DNA of 64,000 nucleotides from Chlorokybus atmophyticus (lineage: Eukaryota; Plantae; Mesostigma and Chlorokybus algae): assembly GCA_009103225.1 (NCBI GenBank), contig RHPI01001946.1:318302-382301 (forward strand), in the 5' to 3' direction. How positions within the stretch are numbered: position 1 is the first letter of the stretch; each line of letters begins with the position of its first letter. Shown piece by piece: positions 1-11,300 of this stretch. The position numbers were made by a program, and so were the translations under genes. The notes beneath the pieces are model-generated. The model was not told the origin of the DNA and made no database searches. It saw only the letters and a program-made list of their open reading frames with translations.

Positions 1-121
1 CAAGCCACCCACCCCCCCACCCCCCCACACAGTGCATGCCACACTTCACCTCTGCATGGACACATGCAAGTATGACTGCACCGGCCTCCTCCTGTTTTAC
101 TCTGCTTCATCGTGCTTGCAG

Positions 122-1489
122 GCATGTCCTCCTGCAGCGGTTCCGGCGGCCAGTCTCCCGTGTCTCAATCCAACACGGTGTCGGTGGTACAAGTATCCGA
201 CCTCTCCAGCGCTGTCCAGAACAAGGCTCAGTGCCCTTCCAACGTGGCGATCGTGACGCAGAAGAACATCAACACGGGCGGTGGCGGCGGCGGGGACGTG
301 TCTCAATCCAACATCGCACTCATTGACCAGATCAACTACAGCAACCTACCCGGCGGCACCCTACTGCAGTGCCTCGGATCAAACGTCATCTTCGTGCTGC
401 AGGTTAATGTCAACAACCAGCAGCAGCCCATCACGCCGGGGCAGGTTGGTGCGTCGAACGCGGTTGCAGGTGAGTACGTTGGGTACGTGTGCATGTGTAC
501 AGAGTATTGGGGACCTATGTTGTATCGGTGTATCTGGCCAGATGCATCCGCGACAGTGCGCGCAGCCGATGCGCCCACAGAAGCGCCGGCGCCAGTGCCT
601 GCGACGCCAGTGGTGAGAGATGATGCATTGTATGTATGTGCGCGTGTGCGAGTGCATGTGCGTGTGGGTGGGTACACAACACACCACCCACGCACCCATG
701 CACGCATGTGCACACACACATGATGATGAGTGTCCTTGACTGGTCTGGGCAGACGGGGTGTCCTTCCGGGCTGAATGCGACGTCCCTGTGCGACTTTGTC
801 ACCTCCCAGAGCTTCACCACAGTGCCGGTATTTGACCTTAGAGCAGAAGCTTCACATAACACGCTGCTCGACGGACCGATTCAGTTCTTGTAAGCACATC
901 CTGCCGCACACAACGTTTGGTAAGCTGGCTTTGCCATGTTGTAGTAAACTAAGCGTGTTGTGTCTCTCAGTGGCCCCAAGACTGGTGTCAACCAAACCGT
1001 CACGAGTGCCAACGCCAATGCAGGGTTCTTCTACATCAGCGGGAGTCTTACAAACGTTACACTGTAAGCCACTATTTGCTCTTGCAAAGTAGCACTCAAG
1101 CTCGTCTGGCAACTTTTGCTCAACACTGATGCACATGTGTGCTTATTTGTGTCATCAGTACTCCAGGCTCGCCTCCGTCGCAGTTCACGATAGAGGCCAG
1201 CAACATAATTGAGGCGCGCGCTTTCCAGGCGAGTAAATGCGCGTATGTATGCGGTGCATACGCGCGTATGTGTACGAAGGCATGTGTGCGTGCGTGCATG
1301 TCCGTCTCACATGCTGACTGACTTTGACATTATACGCAGAGTCAGGCACCTGTTCAGAACTTTGCGAACCGGTGTATTCTGCTGCTGCTTACTTCTGTCC
1401 AAATCGGCTCGCTGAACCTCAATCTGGGAGATAACAACGCCAACTTCCCTCAAGCACGCCGCTGCGTGGTCTTCCAGACAGGGCCGTAG
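122..1489 (+). CDS. Uncharacterised, probably extracellular protein with four SN-x5-Q repeats; 5'-partial, at least 6 exons
   Basis: Frame-consistent exons 122-469, 542-612, 753-889, 971-1063, 1159-1228, 1340-1489(TAG); GT-AG introns plus one GC-AG (1229-1339). Cys-, Asn- and Gly-rich with N-glycosylation sequons (NAT, NQT, NVT). No family recognised. Confidence 0.6.
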
Positions 1490-2304
1490 ATGTGGGTTTG
1501 CTGTAACAGGACCACGGTGTGTATGTTGTGGTGACGTGCCTGCATGTTTCATGTACATAAGCTATACAGTGGTAGTGAGAACACTTTGTGCTTTGCTGCG
1601 TGTAAGTGTGTGAAGACTTTGCTGGACGGACTGGCTGAGGATAGGATGCTGTGCTGTGTTAGCGTTTGTGCTTGCTTGTAGACAAGAAAGACTGGTCAAG
1701 CAAGTCCAATCCTTGTTGATACATGCCCGTCAGTGTGGTAGGCAGAGAAACATCACCTTCAACAATTCAGAAGTTGACCAAGTCACAGTGTCAGATGTCA
1801 GATACGCTCAGTCCTATTGGCCCTTCTACCCCGCCATGATCCAAAGCCCACAGACAGGGCAAGCACGGTTGCAGCACTTGCTTACAATGTTAGCACTGTG
1901 GCACTGTGGTTGCCGATGCACTGAAATGGATGCAGGCATGCCTACTGCTGCTTGTAAGGCGCAAGGGACTGAGGGTGAGTGAAAGGTCCCAAACTCAATC
2001 AAGCTATGACTGCATGCAAAGCAACAATGCTTATACGCTGTACCTCAGCAACCATCAGTATCTCAGAAGTACAGTACCCTAGCAAAGTGATGCCATTACA
2101 GCGAGCTTTTGATAGTACTGGCACTGAAGTAAGTCCTGTGAGCAACAAGATGATGCAGCCTGTCCAGCTTGTGATTTGAAGCGTGCACAGAAAGTGTTAC
2201 CAACACGAACAGCAGTGGAGGGCCTGATCCACCATGTTTATCTGAGCTTTGCAATAAGTACATGCAGTGGTGATAATCGTCTTCTTGAACTAGGTTGTCT
2301 AGTC

Positions 2305-4132
2305 TTAGGTTGCCTCCTCGGCCTCTTCCACATGCGTGCCATCATCGGTTTTGGGTGCTTCCTCACCTGCAGGCCAACATCCACATGTTGCTGACAGCAG
2401 TACAGTTCAACACTTGTACTGCGCATGCAATGACAGGCTTGCACTCGACGCATCACTGCGCATAATGCAAGCAATGCCATACCTCCTTCTTCCTGCAGAT
2501 CTGACGTCCACAGCGTTAGGTTGTCACGCAATAGCTGCATGATCAGTGTTGAGTCCTTGTAAGATTCTTCACTCAAGGTGTCTAACTCAGCAATGGCCTC
2601 ATCAAACGCTTGCTTCGCAAGGTGGCACGCCCTGTGTAACATCAGTTTATATGAGTGACAACGGTTATCAACATATTGTTGCGGACAGCACAGTGCCCAC
2701 AGCTGCCAAACAATGACTTACTTTTCTGGCGAGTTGAGAATCTCGTAATAGAAAACGGAGAAGTTGAGTGCAAGGCCCAGCCGGATGGGGTGTGTGGATG
2801 CCAGGTCCACATTGGCAACATCTGAAGCAGCCTGCAGCAAGCCCATAGTTCAACAACCTGCAATAGGCATGATGTCACAAACTGACCTTCCCAGGGCCCC
2901 TTTGCAAACCTTGTAGGCCATTAACGAGTTCTCTGCGGCCTCCTTGCGGTCATTGCCTGACTTGAACTCTGCAAGGTATCTATAGTAATCTCCCTTCATT
3001 TTGTAGTAGAAAACTTTTGACTCGCCCGTGTTGGAGCTGGGGATCAAATTCTCATCAAGGATGGTCAGAATGTCTTGGCAAATATTTGTCAACTCTCCCT
3101 CGACCTGCAAGGTATAGATGGCGAACATGAACGGCGGTCATGCCCATCATAACACGCAGCGATACTGTCCACTATTGGCCATTGCATGCATGCTTCTGCA
3201 TGCAGTGTACTTGCAAGCTTGTTGATCCGTGACCAGTGACGCAGCACTTTGCTAAGGCGGTAGTCTAAGTTCAAGCGCAGAGCTGTGCAATGCCAAAATA
3301 TATCATCGCCACAACCACGCAGCATTTGGCTGTGCAGGTGCATGAGTGAGTGTGTGGGTCAGTGCCCGCAAGTGACCATAAGCGTCAATGTGACTTGGGG
3401 CCCATCAATGTAGAAGTGCAACTAATCCGAACACATGTCCCGCTGAGGTCAGACTCGCATGAAGCTGATATGTTTGTGTCAAAAACATGCACAACAGAAA
3501 CAGCTGCACCCATGATTTGCCTTGTAGGACAAACGGTCAAAGGGCAACGCACAGAACCTTTGCACGGTAGTCACGGATGCGCTGGACGTTGGTGGTGTTG
3601 CCCTTGTTTTCCTCCTTCTGCTCGATGGAAGACATAATGCGCCAGGATGCGCGGCGTGCACCAATCACGTTCTTGTAACCCACGCTTAGCAGGTTGCGCT
3701 CTTCAACGGTTAGCTCCACGTCCAGCTGAGCAACCTTCTTCATGGCCTCGACCATCTCTGCACTCCATCACGATGCTGTCAACTAGTTGCCAATCCCTGC
3801 CCTCGGCAAAACCTAATGCGGCATTTGCATGCTGCAGCAATTGCGCAATTCTAACCTAGGGCTTCCGAGTTGAACAAATGCATCTAAGCCAGATCGACGG
3901 CAAAGTTGTACAGCCAGATATACCGATACATGCACAGAGCAACAGTAAAAGTGGCTTTCAGGAGCGGCAGCACCGTCACCGACAACGGTGGTGGCTCAAA
4001 CAATGGTGGGTGACACCACAAGCAGTGCACACCACTATGCTCGCCCTGACAGTTTATGCACTGACCGTCATAGCGCTCGGCCTGCTCGGCCAGCTTGGCC
4101 ATGTAGACATAGCCCTCCCTGCTGTCTGCCAT
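2305..4132 (-). CDS. 14-3-3 protein (plant-type), 6 exons
   Basis: Exons 4132-4066, 3757-3558, 3104-2910, 2831-2722, 2631-2483, 2366-2305 give [23 protein letters not shown]...[20 protein letters not shown]...[13 protein letters not shown]...[18 protein letters not shown]...[22 protein letters not shown]; all GT-AG. Confidence 0.98.
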
Positions 4133-4553
4133 GACTGCAGCTGCGACAACAACGACGATGCAGAGGGGATCAGAAAAGCGTCACCGGGGTCCAGAGGAGG
4201 CCAGGCAAGCCAGCCACCCCAGCGCCCCAGAGCGACCCCCAAGTAGCCCTCAACAGCAGCGCCGACGCCACCACCTCCCCCGCCGCCCACCTAGCCGCGG
4301 ACAACAACAACGACCACTAAGCCAACATGCCAACCCTAATTGAAGCCAGACCGAGAAGGCGGAAGCCTAAACATCGCAAAAACGGCTTCGCAGACGCCAT
4401 GCGCAGGCATTCTCCCCTACTTTCTCCCTTCCTGCGTAACAGTCAGGTCAAAGCGACCCCGACAGAAGCCAAAACAAGGCCCCTTTGCGGCTGTCCCTGT
4501 CAGCTATGTAGCAACGGCCATAGCTAGGGCCTCACGCGTTTGTCACTGCGTTA

Positions 4554-4642
4554 TGGGCCATGACGCAGTGACTCATGAGCAGTCCTGCATGACGGTATAG
4601 TGTTACGAACGGAACGGCGTGACAAATTAGGGTTAGGGTTTT
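4554..4642. promoter_or_regulatory. Site II-like (TGGGCC) and telo-box-like motifs between the divergent 14-3-3 and TOR genes
   Basis: TGGGCC at 4554-4559; TAGGGTTAGGGTTTT at 4628-4642 (AAAACCCTAACCCTA on minus). Motif pairing known from plant growth/translation gene promoters; function here is inferred. Confidence 0.45.
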
Positions 4643-5377
4643 GTTGAGAGTCAGGCTAACCCTCGATTGGCGGGGCAGGCGGTGGCAGCTGCTGCGGCGG
4701 TGGAGGAGGCGGGGTTGGGGCGCATGCCAGCATGCAGCAGCGGTCAGGAGCGAGCGGCTGCTGGGAGCGGGCTTGCGACAACAGCAACAACCACAACTGC
4801 AACAGCCTCAGCCACGAGACCCTTGGCGGATGCACTGTTGCGCCCTCAACACCTCAGCGCCGCAGCTTCCGCCTCCGCAGGGCCCAACACCACCGCCCTC
4901 CCCTCGACTAAGAATCCCCTTCAGGTACTTGTTTCAATGCAATCTGCTTTTGTCGCTTGAGCCAGATTGCATTGTTGCAAATTCAAACACAGTCAACAAA
5001 ACCATGAAGTGACGTGTCCATTATACAGCTGAGCTTGATGCAATGCACAAGCGTTGCCTTTCATGCATGTTCAACTGTACACGTACACCACATTGCATGA
5101 TTGTTTGCAATGCGATGGCTTGCAGTTGCAGGCATGTGTTTCTTGCAATTGTAGGCATGCATGCTGGTATGATGTGTGTGCGTGTTTACATGCTTTGCGA
5201 GTGCAAAGCATGCAAAAAAAATTCAATGCGTACATGCGCTGCCTTACGCGCGGATGACATTCGTGTCTGTGGGTACAGAGTGGGGCAGCTTGGACGCCAG
5301 ATCCACTATCGTACGCCCTCGCAGGCGTGCCATCCGCACCGAGACCCCTTCCACTGACCCTTCTATCCGCTTACGAG

Positions 5378-8300
5378 ATGCCGGCTATGGCGGCTGCGCT
5401 TATCCCTTACCAGAAGCCCATAATGGTGTCCGCGCCGCCCGTGCAGGACACGCTTGGCAACCTTCTTGCCGATCTCTGCTCGCAGGCTCAAGGCATCAAA
5501 GTAAGTACCAAGCATTGTTACTCACCCAACGCCGGCAGTGTGGTAATGCTGGTTCTTGGTGCACTTCACCAGGTTCGGGAGGACAGGGACAACGCGCTTA
5601 GAGACTATGTAGAAAGTGAAGCCCGCGACTTCACCGGAGAGGCATTCACGCGCTTCATGAGTGACGTTTACGACCGCATATATCGCCTAATCAACAGCCA
5701 CGACAGGGCAGAAAAGCTTGGTGGTGTGCTGGCTATTGATGAGCTCATTGATATCAAGTTAGGAGAGGAGGCAAACAAGATTACGAGATTCGCTAATTAC
5801 CTCCACGATGTTTTTCAACCCTCATGTGATGTGGGCACCATGACTGCGGCCAGTCGTGCCCTGGGACACCTTGCACGCACTGGTGCTGCACTGGCTGCAG
5901 ATGTTGTGGAGCTGGAGGTAATTGTGTTGTATGTGGCAACAGCCTGGTTAAAGTAGCTTCCAAAAGTCTACCTACTGCTGTACAACTCACTTGACGCTTT
6001 GTTGTACATCTTCACATGCAGATCAAAAGAGCATTGGACTGGCTAAGGTCTCCAGACCGCTCCGAGATGAAGCTTTTTGCTGCAGTGGTGATACTCAAGG
6101 TGAGTGTGGTAGTTGCTGTGTGGTAGTGAGTTATCAAGTGACCATTGCTGTCTCTTGTTGGATGCAGGAATTGGCAGAGAATGCTCCCACGGTTTTCAAC
6201 GTGCATGTCTCACCATTTGTCGAGTCCATATGGTTTGCTTTGAGAGACGAGAAGCTGCTCGTGCGTGAGGCGGCTGTTTCCGCACTGCGCGCTTGCTTGT
6301 GCATCATTGAGAAGCGCGAGACTCGTCACCGTGTGCAGTGGTGAGTCTTTTTGAGATTACACCCAGCGCTGATACATGGTCGAAGGCAGTGTTTGTACCT
6401 GAGCACCTGTGCGGGATGCGAGCACTCTGAATGCATTGAATTGAGCTCCACTTGAGCAGCTATGGCAATGTTGATTCTGCACATCACATGGGCGGCCTGC
6501 TTTGTCAAGCTTGTTGTGGTGCATGCTTGCAGGTACTACCGGATGTTTGAACAAACACAGGATGGCCTTACTCGCAATCTAAGCACTGAGAGCATTCACG
6601 GTTCACTGTTGACCATTGGAGAGCTTCTGAGGTGCGCTTCCGTGCGTGTGTCACTGGTCTATGATACGGCACCGATTTTCTCTCATGTGACTGGATCTGT
6701 GGGTTTGCAGGTACACTGGAGAGTTTATGCTTGCGCGATACAAGGAGGTTGTGGAGACCGTTTTGAAGTACCGTGATCATCGCGAGAAGTTGGTTAGTAC
6801 TATATAGGCTGCATGGCTGTTGTTGTCTGCACTGCTGCTCATGCAAGCTGCAATGCAGATTCGGCGCAGTGTGACAGCCCTTATACCACGATTGGCAAAA
6901 TTCTCACCCGACAGATTTGTTATGAGCTATCAGCAGGTTGTTATCCAGCATCTACCGCACAGTGGAGTTCTCATGCAGTCAAGTGCTAACCCTGCATGAA
7001 TTGGGCAGGTGTGCATGGCACACCTTGTGAACGTAATGAAGAGTTCAAATGAGCGCGTGCATGGGTTTGAGGCAGTTGGGGAGCTTGCTGGAGCTGTCGG
7101 CCCCAGATTGGAACCTCACCTTCCTGTTATTGTGGAACGCATTCGTGAATCGGTATTCTTGTGTTCTTTGCTGAGACGTCAATGAGGTTTCACCAACCTA
7201 GTCACCAACACTTTTTATCCTCAGATTTCAGTGAAGCGCGGCAAGCCCTTCTGCCATGAAGCATTGGCTTGCTTGGGCTGTCTGGCAGCAGGCGTTGGCA
7301 CACCCGTTGAGCCGTATGTGTGCGAGTTGATGGATGCCATGTTCAGTGGTGGGCTGAACACCACACTGGTGGCCGCTCTCACACAAATTACCAACAGGTG
7401 ACTGCTTGACACTTGCACCCTGTATCTTCCTTCCTGCTTGTTGCTTATGCCTCCTTCGGTGTGGGTGCAGCCTCCCACAGCTGCTGCCGCCCATACAGGA
7501 AAGGTTGCTGAACATAATCTCCCGCATTCTTGCACACCGTCCATTCTTTGCACCGGCTGTGTCAACAACGAATGGTTTGGCGTCTCCTTCGGGCTCGTAC
7601 ATGAACTCTCCAAACTCAAGCATTGAGATGCCAAGCACACCACTCGTGCAACTGGCATTGCGCACACTGGGTTCCTTCAACTTCCAGGTCTGAATGCGCA
7701 CCTTGCGCAGTCAATGGCAGTTGGTATAGCGCACCACACAAGTACAGCAGCACATGCTGATTGTATCTATGTGTACTTGCAGACGCATGCACAGGCCCTG
7801 CTGGAGTTTGTGCGGGAGGTGGTGGTGCAGTACTGGGATGACACTGAGGCGTGCATTCGCAAGGAGGCTGCATTGACTTGTTGCAAGCTACTGGAGAATC
7901 GCGTACATTACTCCAAACCTCCTGCCGGGGAATTTGATGGGTTGGTCAGCACGACTGAAACGGGAACTCGCAGGCGACACCTGCTTGTTGAAGAGGTATG
8001 GAAGTCAAGCAGTTCGCAAGTCATTGCTTAAGTTGCAGTGTGTGCCAAATACAACTTGCCCGTTGCCTAGGTTTTGGACCGGCTGCTTGTTGTTGCTGTT
8101 GCTGATGCAGACCCTGGGGTAAGAAAGGCAGTCCTTGCGGCTTTGCGGCCAGGTGTTGGCTTCGACGAGCACTTGGCACAGGCGGATGCATTGAGGGCAT
8201 TCTTTATCACACTGAATGATGAGGTATGTGCCAGTGGTTATTTCCGCAACACTCGAGTGTGACAGGGAGTTGGTACACATTGTGCACAACCAGACCCTTA

Positions 8301-11300
8301 GGAGGCATCATCTTATTGCCCTGCCGCCTCCATAAACAGGTGTTCGAAGTTAGGAAGCTTGCTATAGCTCTAGTTGGACGTCTTGCAGACAGAAACCCTG
8401 CCTACGTTTTGCCAGCCTTGCGTCGCCACCTTCTGCAGCTGCTTACATACCTAGAACAAAGGTGAGCTAGAACACCTGTACTTTCTGGTAGGCTACTGCT
8501 TGTAATTCTCGCTTGTGTCACTGACTCTGGTGGTGGTTGCATCCCTGTAGCCCTGACAGCAAGCAGAAAGAGGAAAGTGCAGTATTACTTGGATGCCTGG
8601 TTCGATCATGCAAGCGGCTTGTTTTGCCTTATGTAGCTCCCATCATCAAGGTAAACATTGGGGCTAGATGGTTAGTCTTGAGTATTGCTGCCTGGTAATG
8701 TGTGATGGTTGCTGCAGGTGCTTTTGAGCAAACTTGAAGAGAACTCTCATGGGTCTGGTGGTCCTTCTAGCGGGCTAACAGTAGCAGTGATATCCGCCAT
8801 TGGTGATCTTTCGCAAGTGGTGAGCATAATTTGGTGGGCCTTGCAGCTGGTGCTGTTACTGATGTTCTTATGTTGCTTGGCCAACAGGGCGGCAGCACCA
8901 TGCTTACATACGTCAGCGACCTGCTGCCCATATTGATTGAAGCTCTGCACGACTCTGTCAACGTTGCCAAATGTGACGCCTGCGTGTCAACTTTGGGGAA
9001 GTTGGTTGAGAGCACAGGGTAAGATGCTGGGTGAGCATGTTTGCATTGCTCGCAGTTGCCTATCTTTATATTGGTGTTGACTTGTTGTGCTTGGATTTAT
9101 CAGGTATGTTGTACAGCCATACATGAGCTATCCCCAGCTTCTTGGTCTCCTCTTGCGGCTGTTGAACGGGGAGCTGCCCTGGTCGACACGTCGTGAGGTT
9201 ATCAAGGTGCGAACAGTCAGTGCCATGTAAATGCTACTGTATCAGACTAGTGCTAGAGACTTGAACACATGATGTCATTTCAGGTGCTGGGTATCATTGG
9301 GGCTCTAGACCCTCATGTCCACAAGCGCAACGAACACTCGCTGCAATCTAGCATGACTGGTGTGGTGGACACGCTGCAATCTGTGAGCACGCCTGCCGCA
9401 ACTGTCGACCACAACGTTGACGACATGCAAGCAGACCTCCTGCCTCCTTCTGGCATGGCCACCACCAGTGACGAGTACTACCCTACTGTTGCTATTGGCG
9501 TGCTCCTCCGGCACCTTCGTGATGACTCCCTCGTATCGCATCACCTCATGGTTGTCCGGTCCCTCATGTACATATTCAAGGTACGCTTCAACACTCGCTG
9601 TCTGTGAGTCGATACAACAATTTCCAGTTGAGTGTGTGTTGCCACCGCAGCATAACAGTGAAAACCGCTGTACGCGCAGGCTTTGGGATTGGGTTGCGTG
9701 CCATACCTTCCAAAGGTTATGCCCGTTCTCTTCCACGTTATGCGACACTGTGACGATACTCTGCGCGACTTCATGTTTCAACAGTTGGCACTTCTGGTGT
9801 CCATTATCAGACAGGCAAGTGCATGTGACATGGCAAAGCTACGGAATGCTGAGACTGACTTCTGGTTGATCTGCAGCACATACGTCCGTATCTGCGACAA
9901 GTATTGCAATTGGTACTTGAGTACTGGAACAACAAAATGCTTCTTCTGCGTATACTCAAGCTGCTGGAAGAGCTATCACACGCGCTGAACGAGGAGTTCC
10001 GCGGGCACCTCACAGAGCTTCTGCTGCGCTGCGTCTCCGTCATCAGTGAAGCAGAGCGCTCAGGCGACTACTCAACTGTTCCTCATATCCTGAAAGCGTT
10101 TGAGGCATTTGGAGGTGCGGTGCCGTGTGCTGCTGGCATGTTGTGTTTATCCTTGCTTGACTGCTCTGTGTTCAGGCAATGTTGATGAGCACTTGCATCT
10201 GTTGCTTCCTGCCTACGTTCGCTTATTCAAGCCGGGCGTGACATCTGCCCCACTGGAAGTGCGCCGTATCGCCATCCAGAGTCTGGCAAAACTTTTGCAG
10301 CGAATGCAGCTCACTGGCTATGCCTCTGCTGTCATACACCCACTTGCACGCGTTGTGGACGGGTGCGAGTCATGTTGTTATTGCGTGCATGTGCGCGTGG
10401 GTTGCTTTATATGTTTGGTTGTTTGTCTGGTTGTGTTGAGATTCGATGTGAACCAGGCCGAACGATGAACTGCGTGAGGATGCCATCAACGCCATTTGCT
10501 CTGTTGCAATAGCGTTGGGCAATGACTTCACAATATTTGTGCCAATGATCCGCAAGCTACTCGAGAAACATCGCATCCGACACCAGCGCTTCAGTGCCAT
10601 TGCCAGCCGCCTGTTGAAGCACGAGCCCCCGGTGCCCGTTGATGCGTACGGTGAGGATGCATTCCAGCTGGCGGTGCATGATCGTGCATCGGCTGCATCG
10701 CCGGATGCAGGGCAGGTGCAGCTCACGGTCAATGCTGATCATCTCAAGAAGGCGTGGGAGTCCTCGCAGCGCGTCATCAAGGAGGACTGGGCGGAGTGGA
10801 TCCGACACTTCAGCATCGAGTTGCTGAAGGAGTCCCCCTCCCCGGCCTTGCGCGCGTGCTATGCGCTTGCACAGCTGCAGCCCAGCGTCGCGCGCGAGCT
10901 GTTTGCTGCCGCGTTTGTCAGCTGCTGGTCTGAGCTGTACGAGAGCTACCAGGACCAGCTCGTGCGGAGTCTCGAAGCGGCCTTTGCTTCACCGAACATC
11001 CCACCGGAGATTGTGGCCACTTTGTTGAACCTTGCCGAGTTCATGGAGCATGATGAGAAGCCACTGCCTGTGGACATCCGCACCCTTGGGCTTCTTGCCG
11101 AGAAGGTTGCTGCAAGTCTTGACACTGCCAATCGATATGACACATGCATGACACATGCAGTGACTTTCATTCCATTACAAATTATGATACTCGTGGGTTA
11201 TTTGTTCTGCAGTGCCATGCGTTCGCCAAGGCGCTGCACTACAAGGAGATGCAGTTCCATACATCGCCCGGCCAGTGCATAGAAGCGCTCATCAGCATCA

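Noticed and set aside
4628-4642. Telomere or interstitial telomeric tract
   Set aside because: Only about two TTAGGG units in a promoter context; treated as a telo-box.
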